A DNA stretch of 64,000 nucleotides from positions 928,001 to 992,000 of the forward strand of contig CBDCXR010000004.1 of NCBI GenBank assembly GCA_965223845.1, given 5' to 3'. Position numbers and translations under genes: made by a program. A model generated the notes under the pieces. The model did no database searches, had not been told where the DNA came from, and saw only the letters and a program-made list of their open reading frames with translations. The stretch comes from Planctomycetota bacterium (GTDB lineage Bacteria; Planctomycetota; UBA8108; SXIK01). Shown here in pieces: positions 39,441-50,124 of the stretch; position 1 is the first letter of the stretch, and each line of letters begins with the position of its first letter.

Positions 39441-39763
39441 GAACGGTCTCCGCTCGGGAGGTGGGGAAGACGCACGCGTCGCAGTTGAACGCAGAACCGA
39501 TTCTACCGCTCGCGCCGAAGCGAAACCGTCTCCATCGGCTTCGAGCGGCGCGGGTCGCGGTGCGATGAATCGACGACGGCGCGTCGACGGAGTCGAGGCA
39601 GACGCCCTTCGGCTCTCCGAATTCACTTCCGTCCGCGCGTGCTCCCAGATCGGAGGTCGGCTCGTGACGAATCTTCGGTGGCGTTAGGGTAGAATCGGCC
39701 GCGAACGTCCGCCGGGGTCAGCCGGGCGATTCAGAGAACCGCGAGACGGCTCGACGAGTATCC

Positions 39764-40813
39764 ATGGGAACATCTGCGCTCATCACCGGAATCACGGGGC
39801 AGGACGGGTCCTACCTCGCAGAGCTCCTGCTCCACAAGGGATACCGGGTGCACGGGCTCGTGCGGCGAACGTCCGCGGTCGATCGTGACCGCCTCGATGG
39901 GCTGTCGATGCTCGCTGCGGAAGCGGGCGGTGCGGTCGAGCTCCACTACGGTGACCTCTCCGACGCGAGCAGCCTGCAGGCCGTCGTGTCGCGCACGCGA
40001 CCCGACCAGATCTACAACCTGGCGGCGCAGAGTCACGTCGGCGTTTCCTTCGAGCAGCCCGAGTACACCGCGGACGTCTGCGGAACGGGAGTTCTTCGGC
40101 TCCTCGAAGCGATGCGAAGCGCCGGGCTCGACGAGTGTCGGTTCTACCAGGCGTCCACGTCGGAGCTCTTCGGAAATGCCGTAGAGTCGCCGCAGTCCGA
40201 GTCGACGCCGTTCCGCCCGCGTTCTCCCTACGCGGTCGCGAAGCTCTACGCGTATTGGCTCGTGCGGAACTATCGCGACAGCTACGGCCTACACGCGAGC
40301 AACGGGATCCTCTTCAATCACGAGTCGCCGCGGCGCGGCCCCGATTTTGTGACGCGAAAGATCACGCTCGGTCTCGCGCGACTCCGGCGGGACGCGAGCG
40401 GCGCTACCGAGCCTCTTCGCCTCGGGAACCTCGACGCCTGTCGCGATTGGGGCTTCGCCGGCGACTACGTCGAGCTTATGTGGCGGATGCTCGAGCGAGA
40501 CGCACCCGGCGACTACGTCGTCGCGACCGGCGAGGCGCACAGCGTGCGCGAGTTCGTCGAGATCGCCGCCGCCGTTTGCGGCTTCGAGGTCGAATGGGAA
40601 GGCACCGGGACCGAAGAGCTCGGCCGGGATCGGAGGTCGGGGCGAGCTCTTGTCGCCGTCGACCCGCGCTACTATCGGCCCTCCGAAGTCGACGCGCTCG
40701 TCGGCGATGCGACGAAAGCGGAGCGGGAGCTCGGCTGGGAGCCGCGCGTTCGGTTTGCGGGGCTCGTCGAAATGATGATGGCAGCGGATTTGGAGCGGAT
40801 CGACGGGCGTTGA
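39764..40813 (+). CDS. gmd: GDP-mannose 4,6-dehydratase
   Basis: ALITGITGQDGSYLAELLL, YNLAAQSHV, FYQASTSELFG, SPYAVAKLY, NHESPRRG and RDWGFAGDYV. Confidence 0.95.
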   Translation: MGTSALITGITGQDGSYLAELLLHKGYRVHGLVRRTSAVDRDRLDGLSMLAAEAGGAVELHYGDLSDASSLQAVVSRTRPDQIYNLAAQSHVGVSFEQPEYTADVCGTGVLRLLEAMRSAGLDECRFYQASTSELFGNAVESPQSESTPFRPRSPYAVAKLYAYWLVRNYRDSYGLHASNGILFNHESPRRGPDFVTRKITLGLARLRRDASGATEPLRLGNLDACRDWGFAGDYVELMWRMLERDAPGDYVVATGEAHSVREFVEIAAAVCGFEVEWEGTGTEELGRDRRSGRALVAVDPRYYRPSEVDALVGDATKAERELGWEPRVRFAGLVEMMMAADLERIDGR

Positions 40814-41063
40814 AACAGCGCGGCGATCGGAGGGCCACGAAGCCGATAATCGGACACCATCGAGAGCGAGACGTTCCGATCGTCGATAGAAGAAGAGCGG
40901 AAGAATCGGCGGTGAAGAGCCTCTCGGGCGAATCGACCGGTAAGAATCGTCGCTCGTTTCGCTCGGGGATCTCGCGAGATCCGAATCCGCGGATGTCTCT
41001 GACTCACGCGAGAAGGACACGCCCGCACAGCGGAAAGAATCCATCTTCTGGAGTAATGAACAC

Positions 41064-41825
41064 GTGACGACGCAGCAGCAGGAAGCACAGCCGACATCCA
41101 CCGGCCAGCCCGAGCTTCGCATCATCGGGGACGATGGTTCCCACGACGCACTTCGCGCAGTCCTCAGCACGCGGAAGCCGGGCAAGATTCTCGACATTCC
41201 GTGCGGCCACGGAGTCCTCTCGAAGTTTCTTCTCGATCTCGGCTGGGACGTGCACTGCGCGGACATCGACCGCGGCAATCTCGAGCTGAAGGACGTCCCC
41301 TTCTTCGAGGTGAATCTCAATCGTGAGCTCGACATCGAGAGCGAGAGCTTCGACGCGATCGTCTGCGCCAACGGCCTCCACCGTCTCTTCAATCCGGGTG
41401 CCGCGATCGGCGAGTTCGCGCGGATTCTGCGCCCGGGCGGACGGCTCTACGTCAACGTCAACAACTACGCCTCGATCGATCGGCGCATTCGATTTCTGCT
41501 CTCCGGGTCGATCAACGACATGATCAATCGTCAGGACTGCCGCCAGACGATCGCCGATCCGGAGGCTCACGTCCGCGTGCCGCTCCTCTATCCGCAGCTC
41601 GCGAGCCTCCTCGATTCAGCGGGCTTCGAGACCGTCGATCTCCGGCGCTCCGCGGTGCGCACGAAGCACCGCCTTCTCTGGCCGGTCGCGTGGGTCGTCC
41701 GCTTCGCCGCGCTCTTCCTCCCGCGCGATGCGCGCGAGCGATGGCACGTGAAGACGACGCTCTCGACTCCGATCATGCCGGGAGGCGGATACTTCTTCCT
41801 CGAAGCGGTGAAGCGAGACGGATGA
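41064..41825 (+). CDS. Class I SAM-dependent methyltransferase
   Basis: ILDIPCGHG, CADID, FDAIVC and EFARILRPGGRL motifs. Confidence 0.85.
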   Translation: MTTQQQEAQPTSTGQPELRIIGDDGSHDALRAVLSTRKPGKILDIPCGHGVLSKFLLDLGWDVHCADIDRGNLELKDVPFFEVNLNRELDIESESFDAIVCANGLHRLFNPGAAIGEFARILRPGGRLYVNVNNYASIDRRIRFLLSGSINDMINRQDCRQTIADPEAHVRVPLLYPQLASLLDSAGFETVDLRRSAVRTKHRLLWPVAWVVRFAALFLPRDARERWHVKTTLSTPIMPGGGYFFLEAVKRDG

Positions 41826-42976
41826 GTCGACGGAGGATCGTCGAGCTCCGTCGATCGATCGCGCGAGTCGTCCAGCGGCATGTTCGCATGAGCATCCCGC
41901 TCGAGAAGGTACTCTTCGGGGCGCAGGGAGGGGGGCGCACGGCCGCGCAGTGGGCAGAAGATTGCGGCGATTTGATGTTGCCGTCGCTCCCCATCGCCGA
42001 ATGGCCGCACGTTCTACTTCTCCGCGACTTCGACGACATCGGCGAGCGAGTATTCGACGATGATCGCTTCTTCGCGTGCGGGTACTTTCAAAACGCTCGG
42101 CGCTGTGTAGACCTTTACGGTCAGTTCACGTGGTGCCGAACCGACGAAGAGATTCGCGAAGCGGCGCGTTTCTTCGTCCGGCGCTACGCGGAGCGCACCT
42201 GGAGCGAGGGGAGCGGTGGTCGCACGACGACCAAGCAGGGGCATCCCGTCGTCGTCCGTCGAGTTCGCGCGTCGGATTGTTATCAGGCCTGCGATGGCCA
42301 CCACCGACTGTCCGCCGCGTACGCCGCCGGCGAACGGATGATTCGCGGACATATCAACCCGTGGCCGATCGTCTACACGCCAGTTCAAGAGCTCCTCTTG
42401 ACGGTCGCTCGACACGGCGGCCGGCGCCGCTGCTACCAGCCCGTCGATCGATGCGCTGAGGTCGGGTCCTGGCGCGTGGCGGCGGATTGGGACGGAAGGC
42501 TCGCCGCGGTGCTCGAAGCACTGAACGAACGGTGCCGCGACCGAACCATTCGCTACTTCGACGTTGCCGCCGGATTGGGGTGGATGATCGCGAAGCTGCG
42601 CGAGCGCGGTATCGATGCCGTCGGTGCTGAAGCCGACCCGGCAGCGTGTCGAGTCGGCTGGAATGTTCATGGGCTCGCGCCGGAGACGCTGCGGCATCGG
42701 GACGCCGTACCTCCGCTCTCCGAGCGCTTCGACGTCGTCGGTTGTCTCGACGCCGATTGGGTGGCGAGGAACCTCGTCTCGGATGCCGAGCGGAGATTCC
42801 GAGATCTCGACACCGCCGCCACCGACGTCCTTCTCGTCATCTCGGGGAGCGAAGCGACAACACGATCGCTCGCTGCGGCGATTCCGCGTTGGACGCGGTT
42901 CGAATCGGTTCGCGCGTTACCGCTCGCTCGCGAAACGAACGCGAAGCTACTCGTTTGTAGTTCCCCGAACATCTGA
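41822..42976 (+). CDS. Hypothetical protein: ParB/Srx-like domain fused to a methyltransferase-like domain
   Basis: ATG 41822 overlaps the previous stop. PVVVRR...YQACDGHHRLSAAYAAG, then YFDVAAGLGWMI...GIDAVGAE...FDVVGCL. Confidence 0.6.
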   Translation: MSRRRIVELRRSIARVVQRHVRMSIPLEKVLFGAQGGGRTAAQWAEDCGDLMLPSLPIAEWPHVLLLRDFDDIGERVFDDDRFFACGYFQNARRCVDLYGQFTWCRTDEEIREAARFFVRRYAERTWSEGSGGRTTTKQGHPVVVRRVRASDCYQACDGHHRLSAAYAAGERMIRGHINPWPIVYTPVQELLLTVARHGGRRRCYQPVDRCAEVGSWRVAADWDGRLAAVLEALNERCRDRTIRYFDVAAGLGWMIAKLRERGIDAVGAEADPAACRVGWNVHGLAPETLRHRDAVPPLSERFDVVGCLDADWVARNLVSDAERRFRDLDTAATDVLLVISGSEATTRSLAAAIPRWTRFESVRALPLARETNAKLLVCSSPNI

Positions 42977-43303
42977 CGCAAACGCCGACTTCGCGTGGGT
43001 TGACTCGGCAGGGTTTCTCGAGTTCCTCACCCGGAATTCGCACCTGCTTAGTCTCCGTCGGTAAGGATTCTTTCCTACACGGCTCGTTCCGTGCACCGGC
43101 CATCCGAAATGCGACGAGACCACGAAGGAAACGGGTCACGGCGTCGCGCGAATCCGAACTCGAATGCGGGTCGAATCCATGGTGCGCGTGAGAGAGTTCA
43201 CGCGCCGAAAACACTGCTAGGCGTAGATCCAAATCAACTGTTTCGCACTTGGTTAAGAAAGAGATTTGACGTGGACGGAGATGCGGAGCTTTTGGTCGAC
43301 TCG

Positions 43304-44308
43304 ATGAGCGGCGCAGCCGACCCTTCGTCGCGCATCGAGGTAGTGTTTATCGGCGGCTACGAACGCAGCGGAACGACTCTGGTCCATAACATCGTGTCGC
43401 AGACCGCGGGGTTCTTCGGCGCGGGTGAGATCTCTCGGTTCTGGGACTGGGGCCTTCGTGGAAACCAGGACTGTACGTGCGGGCGGTCCTTCTCTCAGTG
43501 CTCGGTCTGGTCGTCCATCGCGGACGGGCTCGAGACCGGAGTGCGAGGAGCTCCGCACATGACTAAACTCACCGCAGCTGTCGCCAACGTCCGGCTGTTC
43601 ACGAGCAACTCGCCGGCGAAGCGGGCAAGCGTGGAAGCCGAGTTCGACACCTTCCGTCCGCAGATCGCCGCGCTCTACGCGTCGATTTGGCAGCGATTCG
43701 GCGGCGGTGCGATCGTCGATTCGTCCAAGACGCCGTTCTACCTGCGTCTTCTGCTCGGGCTGCCCTCGATCGACGTCAAGCTGATTCATGTCGTCCGTGA
43801 TCCGCGCGCGGTGGAGTACTCGAAGTATCGTCGTGCGCTCAGCGGGCACGAGTACTACTCCCGCCGTCACTCCTTGATTCGCGGAGCGCTGGCATGGAAT
43901 GCGATCAATCATGCGCTCCGGGACGCGATCGAGGACGGAACGGTGACCGGTACGACGATCCGCTACGAGGATATGGCGGGACAGCCGCGAGCCACCCTGG
44001 AGAGGGCGTTCGCAGAGCTGGGCCTCGACTTCGATCCGGCCCCGTTCGTCGACGATCATCGCGTCGTGCTCGAGCCCACGCATGTCTTCGCGGGCAGCGA
44101 CAGTCGGTCGGCCCACGCGGGCGAGATCTCGCTCCGCGCGGACAATCAGTGGGAAAACGCGTTGCCGCGAAAGCGTCGACGACTGATCGAGTGGCTCACC
44201 CTCCGTAGTCGGAGACGATTCGGCTACACCGCGTCCTCGGCGGCCCGCACGAGCCCACGCGCCGATCCGGTCGTCGATCGTCTGGAAGAGACCGTGACCA
44301 CCCATTGA
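43304..44308 (+). CDS. Sulfotransferase (PAPS-dependent)
   Basis: 5'-PSB motif FIGGYERSGTT, IVDSSK, 3'-PB motif LIHVVRDPRAV and IRYED. Start is ATG 43304 or GTG 43271. Confidence 0.88.
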   Translation: MSGAADPSSRIEVVFIGGYERSGTTLVHNIVSQTAGFFGAGEISRFWDWGLRGNQDCTCGRSFSQCSVWSSIADGLETGVRGAPHMTKLTAAVANVRLFTSNSPAKRASVEAEFDTFRPQIAALYASIWQRFGGGAIVDSSKTPFYLRLLLGLPSIDVKLIHVVRDPRAVEYSKYRRALSGHEYYSRRHSLIRGALAWNAINHALRDAIEDGTVTGTTIRYEDMAGQPRATLERAFAELGLDFDPAPFVDDHRVVLEPTHVFAGSDSRSAHAGEISLRADNQWENALPRKRRRLIEWLTLRSRRRFGYTASSAARTSPRADPVVDRLEETVTTH

Positions 44309-44403
44309 AGCCGCGGGTATTCGGATGAGATCCGCGAAGCCGTTCGTGCCTCGGCGCGGCGGAGTCGTTTCGGGGCTCGGCCCCATCCCCGCGAACGCGC
44401 CGG

Positions 44404-45861
44404 TTAAAAGGACGGTCGCAGTCGTTCTCGTTCGCGCACCGGACGCTTGGGAGCCGCGCGCCCCGGATTTCGCGGTGGTGGCTTCGCCGTGCGTTGGGGC
44501 CGAGATCGCTCAACTCTCGCTCGCGACTCTGCCCTCGGCTCAGAGGGCGCACGGCTCGAGGATCGTTTCATCTCCCGCAGGGCTCCGGTGACGCCGGCGG
44601 CGACCGTCGCATAGAGCGGAATGGGCATAGCATTGGAGAGGCAGTCGTACATGAAGAGTAAGCCGATGGTCGCGGCGGCCGCGGCCGGGGCATAGCGCGG
44701 GTGAAGGAGCTTCTTCTTCGCCCTCCTGACCAGCAGAAACGCCGGGAGTACCCACGCCGCCACGAAGGCGACCAATCCCACGACGCCGCGCTGCCCGAGA
44801 GCGATGATCCACAGGCTGTCGACCGTCGTCAGGTCGCGGCCTTCGTCGTCGTACACTCGGTTGCGCCCCCAACCACCCCAACCGAACCACCGCTGCTGGA
44901 GCGCCTTCTCGATCAGCAGCGTCTCGTTGTCGATCCGGAATTGCAGCGAACCCGCGCGTTCCTCGCTGATGCGCTCTCGAATGAACTCGACGACGCCGGC
45001 GAACTGATAGTCGTAGCCCGCCCGGCTGATCAGGATGGCGGGCATCCCGAGCACGAAGAGGAGGTACACCCACGCCGTTCGCTTCGACACATGGAGAGCG
45101 AAGATTCCCGCCACCGTGAGAACGAGCGCTCCCATCGATTTGCACGCGACGGTGGTGACCGCGATCGCGCCGAGCAAGAGGTGCGTCGGAACGGTCCAGA
45201 CGCGGCGGACGATGCGCGAGCGCCAGAGGCAGTATCCGGCGGTGGTCGCCACCCCCATCCAAAGCGCGAGCATGAGACCGTGGGTGAGAAACACCTGCGG
45301 TCGCCAGCCGCCCCAGCGTTTCGTCTGTGAAAACGTGTGGACACGAAAGCCGTACACGATCCGGTGAAGCTGTGGGCTCATCCGGACTTCGAACAGACAG
45401 AGCGGAATGTAGAGTAGGCCGCCGACGAAAATCCAGAAGACGAGGGTCCTCAGTCCCTGCCGATCGCTGAAGAGCACCCGTCCCGAGATGTACGGGATCC
45501 CCCAGAAGAGCGTGCTGTTCATGAGCTCGCTCAGCGCGTCGTAGAGGCCGAGCTTGTTGCTGAGCGAGCTGATCGTGGGGGAGAGCACCCACATGATCAT
45601 GGGGAGATCCAGCCACCCCGGCCTGAAGCTGAAGAGCCGCTGCGGACAGAAGAGGATCATTCCCGTCATCACGCCGACCGATGTGACGGTGATCTTGTTC
45701 ATACTGGGCAGGGCGCCGGGAAGGGCGATCGACGCCATGGGTAGGAACAAGAACCCGAACACGAACGCGACGGCGGCGGCGGTCCGTGGGCGCGTCAGGT
45801 GAAAGAGCACCAGGATGCACGGCAGCCAAAGCGCGAGCGCGATGTAGTTGAGGATGAACAT
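44404..45861 (-). CDS. O-antigen ligase / Wzy-type polymerase-like membrane protein
   Basis: About 12 TM segments, FEVRMSPQLH, periplasmic SLQFRIDNE...WFGWGGWGRNR and DSLWIIALGQRGVVG. Confidence 0.78.
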   Translation of the reverse strand: MFILNYIALALWLPCILVLFHLTRPRTAAAVAFVFGFLFLPMASIALPGALPSMNKITVTSVGVMTGMILFCPQRLFSFRPGWLDLPMIMWVLSPTISSLSNKLGLYDALSELMNSTLFWGIPYISGRVLFSDRQGLRTLVFWIFVGGLLYIPLCLFEVRMSPQLHRIVYGFRVHTFSQTKRWGGWRPQVFLTHGLMLALWMGVATTAGYCLWRSRIVRRVWTVPTHLLLGAIAVTTVACKSMGALVLTVAGIFALHVSKRTAWVYLLFVLGMPAILISRAGYDYQFAGVVEFIRERISEERAGSLQFRIDNETLLIEKALQQRWFGWGGWGRNRVYDDEGRDLTTVDSLWIIALGQRGVVGLVAFVAAWVLPAFLLVRRAKKKLLHPRYAPAAAAATIGLLFMYDCLSNAMPIPLYATVAAGVTGALREMKRSSSRAPSEPRAESRARVERSRPQRTAKPPPRNPGRAAPKRPVRERERLRPSF

Positions 45862-46440
45862 TCGTTTACGGTCGATCGACCGAGGACGACTCGCGAGCGC
45901 GAGGTCGATGAAGAGGCGCGATATCGGAACCGGATGGCCGAATGGACTGGGGCGGAACGCGCCTCCGCCCGCGACGCGAGTCGGCCGCGCTCTCCATCCG
46001 TCGGCATTGTGATCAGTCTAACTTCCTCGCGGCGCGGAGGGTTTGCCGTTTTTTCGGAGAGAAGCCAGCCGAGCGATTCTCTCGACGCGCGGCTTCCACC
46101 GAAGTCGGAGATCCGTGTGCGCACGCGGGCCGTCAGCGTGGAAGCGAAAGTCTCAGCGAGCTGTCGTGCGAAGTCGATATCGAGTAGAGTGCGTCGGCGG
46201 TCTCGATCGACGTTTTCGGCCCGTCAGGCGATTCACCGGCGTGCAGCGAGCGGCGCTCGCCGGCGCTGGCCTGAGGGATCCCAAGTCAACGTCGATCGGC
46301 ACTTCGGGCGATGGGTTCGCTCTCCCACCTCGCGGCCGAGACTCCGCACCTTCGATCGAGCGATCGCGCGGTGAGGAATCCCGAAACTCCACGCGACGCG
46401 CCATCGCTCCCGTTCCGCGTCAGCCGACGCCGCCCGACCG

Positions 46441-47928
46441 ATGACTCAAGACACCGTATCCACTCCAGCCGCGTCCGGTTCGTCTCAGCCCCTCCGCTCG
46501 AAGGTCACGCGCGGCGCGCTTTGGACCGTAGGTGGGTACGGCGTGACGCAGGGCATCCGGCTCGGCGGCAACTTCGTCGCGGCGTGGTGGCTCCTCCCCG
46601 AAGCGTTCGGCCTGATGGCGATCGTAACGATCTGGATGCAGGGGCTCCGGATGTTCTCCGACTTCGGAATCCAGCCGGCCATCATTCAAAACGAGCGTGG
46701 CGCAGAGCCGGAGTTCCTCGACTCCGCGTGGATGATTCAGATCTTTCGGGGGTTCGGGCTCTGCCTCATCTGTCTCGTTTCCACGGTGCCGATGGCCTGG
46801 TTCTTCGCGCAGCGCGATCCGGGCTCCTGGCAGCTCCTCGGCCTCCTCCCCGCCGTCGGCTGCGCCGCGATCGTCGCCGGGTTCGAATCGCCGAAGCTGC
46901 ACCTCGCGAGCCGAAACCTGCTCATAGGGAAGCTCACGATTTTGGCGTTCGTCCGGCAGTGCGTGAACGTCGCGACCATGCTCACGTGCGCGTACGTGTT
47001 CAAAAATGTGTGGGCGCTCGTCATCGGGGGCTTCGTCGGTACGACGGTGCACGTGATTCTGAGCCACCTGTGGCTGCCGGGGCCTCGCGGCCGGTTGCGA
47101 CTGAATCGTGACTGCGCCCGCGAGATCCTCCGCTTCGGCAAGTGGATCTTCGCTAGCACGCTCTTCATGTTTCTCTCGTCGAACATCGATCGTCTCGTCC
47201 TCGCGAGCCTGCTTCCGCTCGAGATCGTCGGCCTCTACCACATCGCCTACGTCCTCGCGGATATCGCGATTCAAATCGCTTCTCGGCTGACGAGCGCGAT
47301 CCTCTATCCGGTGCTCGCGGATTACCGAAACGATCACGCGCGTATGGTCGAGGTCTGTCTCCGCGCGCGACGGCCGATCCTCTGGGCCTCGTCCGCGGCG
47401 TGCATCGGGATCTGCCTCGTCGCCCCGACGTTCTTCAAGCTCTATCGCGAGCACTACGCCGGATGCGGACCGATCGCTCGCTGGCTCACGGTGTTCGTGT
47501 GGGTCGCGCTCCTCGTCCTCACGATCAACCGCCTGCCCCTCGCCATGGGAAAGCCGCGAGTCTTGTTCAACGCGAACGTGGCGACCTCCGTCGTCAGCCT
47601 GCCGCTCTCAGTGCTCGGTTTCTTTCAGTTCGACATCCCGGGATTCATTATCGGGCTCGCCATCGGCCAGCTGGTGAAGTACGTCGTGCTCACCGCTGCG
47701 ATCGGGGAGGGGCGCCGAGAGATTCACGCGCAGACGCTGAGGTTTACCGTCGCCGTCTCAGCGTACTGCGCGGGATCGCTGCTCGTCCTCGGGGCGATCG
47801 AGTCGTTCTGGTTGAATCTTAGCGTAATGTTTGTCCTTGCCGCGCTACCGCAGATCGGGGCGGCGAGGATGGTTTGGGTGACGTATCGCGGTGGTCGGAA
47901 GAAGAGCTCGGCCGCTCCAGCGACGTGA
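46441..47928 (+). CDS. wzx: Wzx-type oligosaccharide flippase
   Basis: LLPEAFGLMAI, FSDFGIQPAIIQ and FGKWIF...NIDRLVL...VGLYHIA motifs. About 12-14 TM segments. Confidence 0.85.
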   Translation: MTQDTVSTPAASGSSQPLRSKVTRGALWTVGGYGVTQGIRLGGNFVAAWWLLPEAFGLMAIVTIWMQGLRMFSDFGIQPAIIQNERGAEPEFLDSAWMIQIFRGFGLCLICLVSTVPMAWFFAQRDPGSWQLLGLLPAVGCAAIVAGFESPKLHLASRNLLIGKLTILAFVRQCVNVATMLTCAYVFKNVWALVIGGFVGTTVHVILSHLWLPGPRGRLRLNRDCAREILRFGKWIFASTLFMFLSSNIDRLVLASLLPLEIVGLYHIAYVLADIAIQIASRLTSAILYPVLADYRNDHARMVEVCLRARRPILWASSAACIGICLVAPTFFKLYREHYAGCGPIARWLTVFVWVALLVLTINRLPLAMGKPRVLFNANVATSVVSLPLSVLGFFQFDIPGFIIGLAIGQLVKYVVLTAAIGEGRREIHAQTLRFTVAVSAYCAGSLLVLGAIESFWLNLSVMFVLAALPQIGAARMVWVTYRGGRKKSSAAPAT

Positions 47929-48364
47929 TCTCCCTCACATTTACCTGCGCGTCCGCGCGCGAGTCCGCCTCGTGCCACCAGTAGTACCGAAAAAGCGGCT
48001 TGATTCTTAAGCCGCGTCGGTTTATCAGCGGGCCTGCTTTGTTGCGTTCGTCGACGTGGGCGCAGACGGATGGGAGCACTTCCCGCCGTCGTCGTTGGCA
48101 CGCATCTCGCAGTCGACGGGTCTCTTAGACGTCCTGTCCCGGTCGTTCTTGACCGGGAACTTGGGTGCGGTTCCCGCCCGTTTTCTTCTCGGTGCGTAGA
48201 ATTGGGAATGGGTGTAAAGGGTCTCACCACCTCTCCCAGAATGCCCCTAACCGGCTGAGTTTCAGTGGCTTACGTGCGAAATTCGCATGCGTGGTCTCGT
48301 TCTTGCTTCCTGGCTGGCGGTTTGACGCGGGGGCGTCGCTGGTAGAGCTCGAAAGGAGTTGCAG

Positions 48365-49882
48365 ATGGGTCCGTCGAGACGCAGTTTTCTTTCTGCACTG
48401 GCCGTCGCGGTCGTCGCCATGGGCGTCGGTCGATCGGTCGTAGCGAACGAGTCGGTCGCTCCGGCCGCACCGACAAATCTGCGGGTCGTGACGAACGAGC
48501 AGCCCGCGCCCGACGCGTCGGGGTGGACGACGTTCGCCGCGTCCGACGATACGCGAGCGGTATTCGTCAGCATCTCGAGTGGGAACGACGCCAATTCTGG
48601 TCTTTCGGAGACCGAGCCGGTGCAGACGCTCGCCGCCGGGTACGCGCGTCTCCGCCACGGTTTCCCCGATTGGCTGCTGCTCAAAAAGGGCGACGTGTGG
48701 CGCGAAGGATTTCCGACGTGGAAGAAGGGCGGTCGTTCTGCAACCGAGCCGATGCTCGTCGCAACGTACGGCACCGGCGCCCGACCCAGCGTCTGCCCGC
48801 CGTCCGGAGACCGAGCGCTGCTCCTTCACAAGGACGCGATCGGGGATCTCGCGTTCGTGGGACTCGATCTCTACGCGGAAGGTCGAGATCCTTCCTCGCC
48901 CGCTTACACGGCCGCTGCTTCCCAGGCGATGCCGACCGGAGTGACTTCCGTCGGCGGACTCAAGCGGGTCCTCTTTGAGGATTGCTCGATTCGGTTCTTC
49001 GCGACAAACGTCGTGATCCAGGAGTACACCGGACCCACGCCGACCAACTACCGCTTCCACCGGTGCATCATTTCGGACGCGTATTCGTTGGGCTCGCATT
49101 CCCAAGGAATGTACTCGAGCGACTCCAAAGGACTCCACATCTCGGAGTGCATCTTCGATCACAACGGGTGGAACGAAGCGGTCGGAGCCGAGGCGACGAT
49201 CTTTAACCACAACGTCTACCTCCAAGGCTGTGACGACGTCCGAATTCACGATACGGTTTTCGGCCGCGCGTCGAGCTTCGGGATCAAGCTGCGATCTGAG
49301 TCGTACCGAGGGTCGGTGAATCTTTCGATCCGCGACAATCTGTTCGTCGCCTGCGGAAATACGATCTCGGTCGGCGGTAACAACACGTCCGAGCACACGT
49401 TCGCGAACGTCGTGTTCGAAGGAAACGTGCTCACCGAAATCGGTCGGACGATCAACAACGCCGAGCAGGCCTACGGACTTCACTTCAACTGCACCGACGG
49501 CGGGCGAGCCGTGGGGAACTACTTCCTCCACAAATCGACTCTCGGCCGGACGTTTGCGCTCCTCGTGACGCATCGACCGAATCGGGAACTCGACCTTTCG
49601 GGGAACGTCATGCATGAGTGGGCCGCGAACGGAGACATCATCGAGATCGACACGACCGAGCCGACGGTGGTCGTGAGCAACAACCTGGTCGATCCGGATC
49701 CCGCTACGCTCGTCGACCCGAACGCAACGGTCGCGCGTTACGCCGCCGACCGCCTGCGAGGACAATCGAGCATCGACTGGCTCCTCACGAAGTGTAAGAC
49801 GCTCTCGAAGAGCTCTTGGGATCCACGCCTGACAGCGAAGGAGATCGTGACCTACATGAAGGAGGCCGCGACTCTCCGCTGA
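48365..49882 (+). CDS. Tat-exported right-handed parallel beta-helix protein (possible polysaccharide lyase/hydrolase)
   Basis: ATG 48365 after GAAAGGAG. SRRSFL twin-arginine motif, VFVSISSGND, LLLKKGDVW and beta-helix repeats (HSQGMY, CIFDHNGW, FNHNVY, IRDNLF). Confidence 0.75.
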   Translation: MGPSRRSFLSALAVAVVAMGVGRSVVANESVAPAAPTNLRVVTNEQPAPDASGWTTFAASDDTRAVFVSISSGNDANSGLSETEPVQTLAAGYARLRHGFPDWLLLKKGDVWREGFPTWKKGGRSATEPMLVATYGTGARPSVCPPSGDRALLLHKDAIGDLAFVGLDLYAEGRDPSSPAYTAAASQAMPTGVTSVGGLKRVLFEDCSIRFFATNVVIQEYTGPTPTNYRFHRCIISDAYSLGSHSQGMYSSDSKGLHISECIFDHNGWNEAVGAEATIFNHNVYLQGCDDVRIHDTVFGRASSFGIKLRSESYRGSVNLSIRDNLFVACGNTISVGGNNTSEHTFANVVFEGNVLTEIGRTINNAEQAYGLHFNCTDGGRAVGNYFLHKSTLGRTFALLVTHRPNRELDLSGNVMHEWAANGDIIEIDTTEPTVVVSNNLVDPDPATLVDPNATVARYAADRLRGQSSIDWLLTKCKTLSKSSWDPRLTAKEIVTYMKEAATLR

Positions 49883-50124
49883 TCGCTCATCGGACGTCAG
49901 TCCGGCTGAGTGCGCGCGGGGTCCGCCGGCGGATGGCCGGCGGACCCCGCGTTTTCTATTGCGGGGCTCTGGCACGCCGCGACTCGATGCCGGGGGCGCC
50001 GTATCGGAGCCGCATTGTTCCGAGTACGATCGGAGTCAACGACTGCGCGCCGGACGGCCGAGGAATCGGGCGGTGCAAGATCGATCGGTGAACGGAATCG
50101 GCGCGAAGAAGCGGGGAGAGACGA

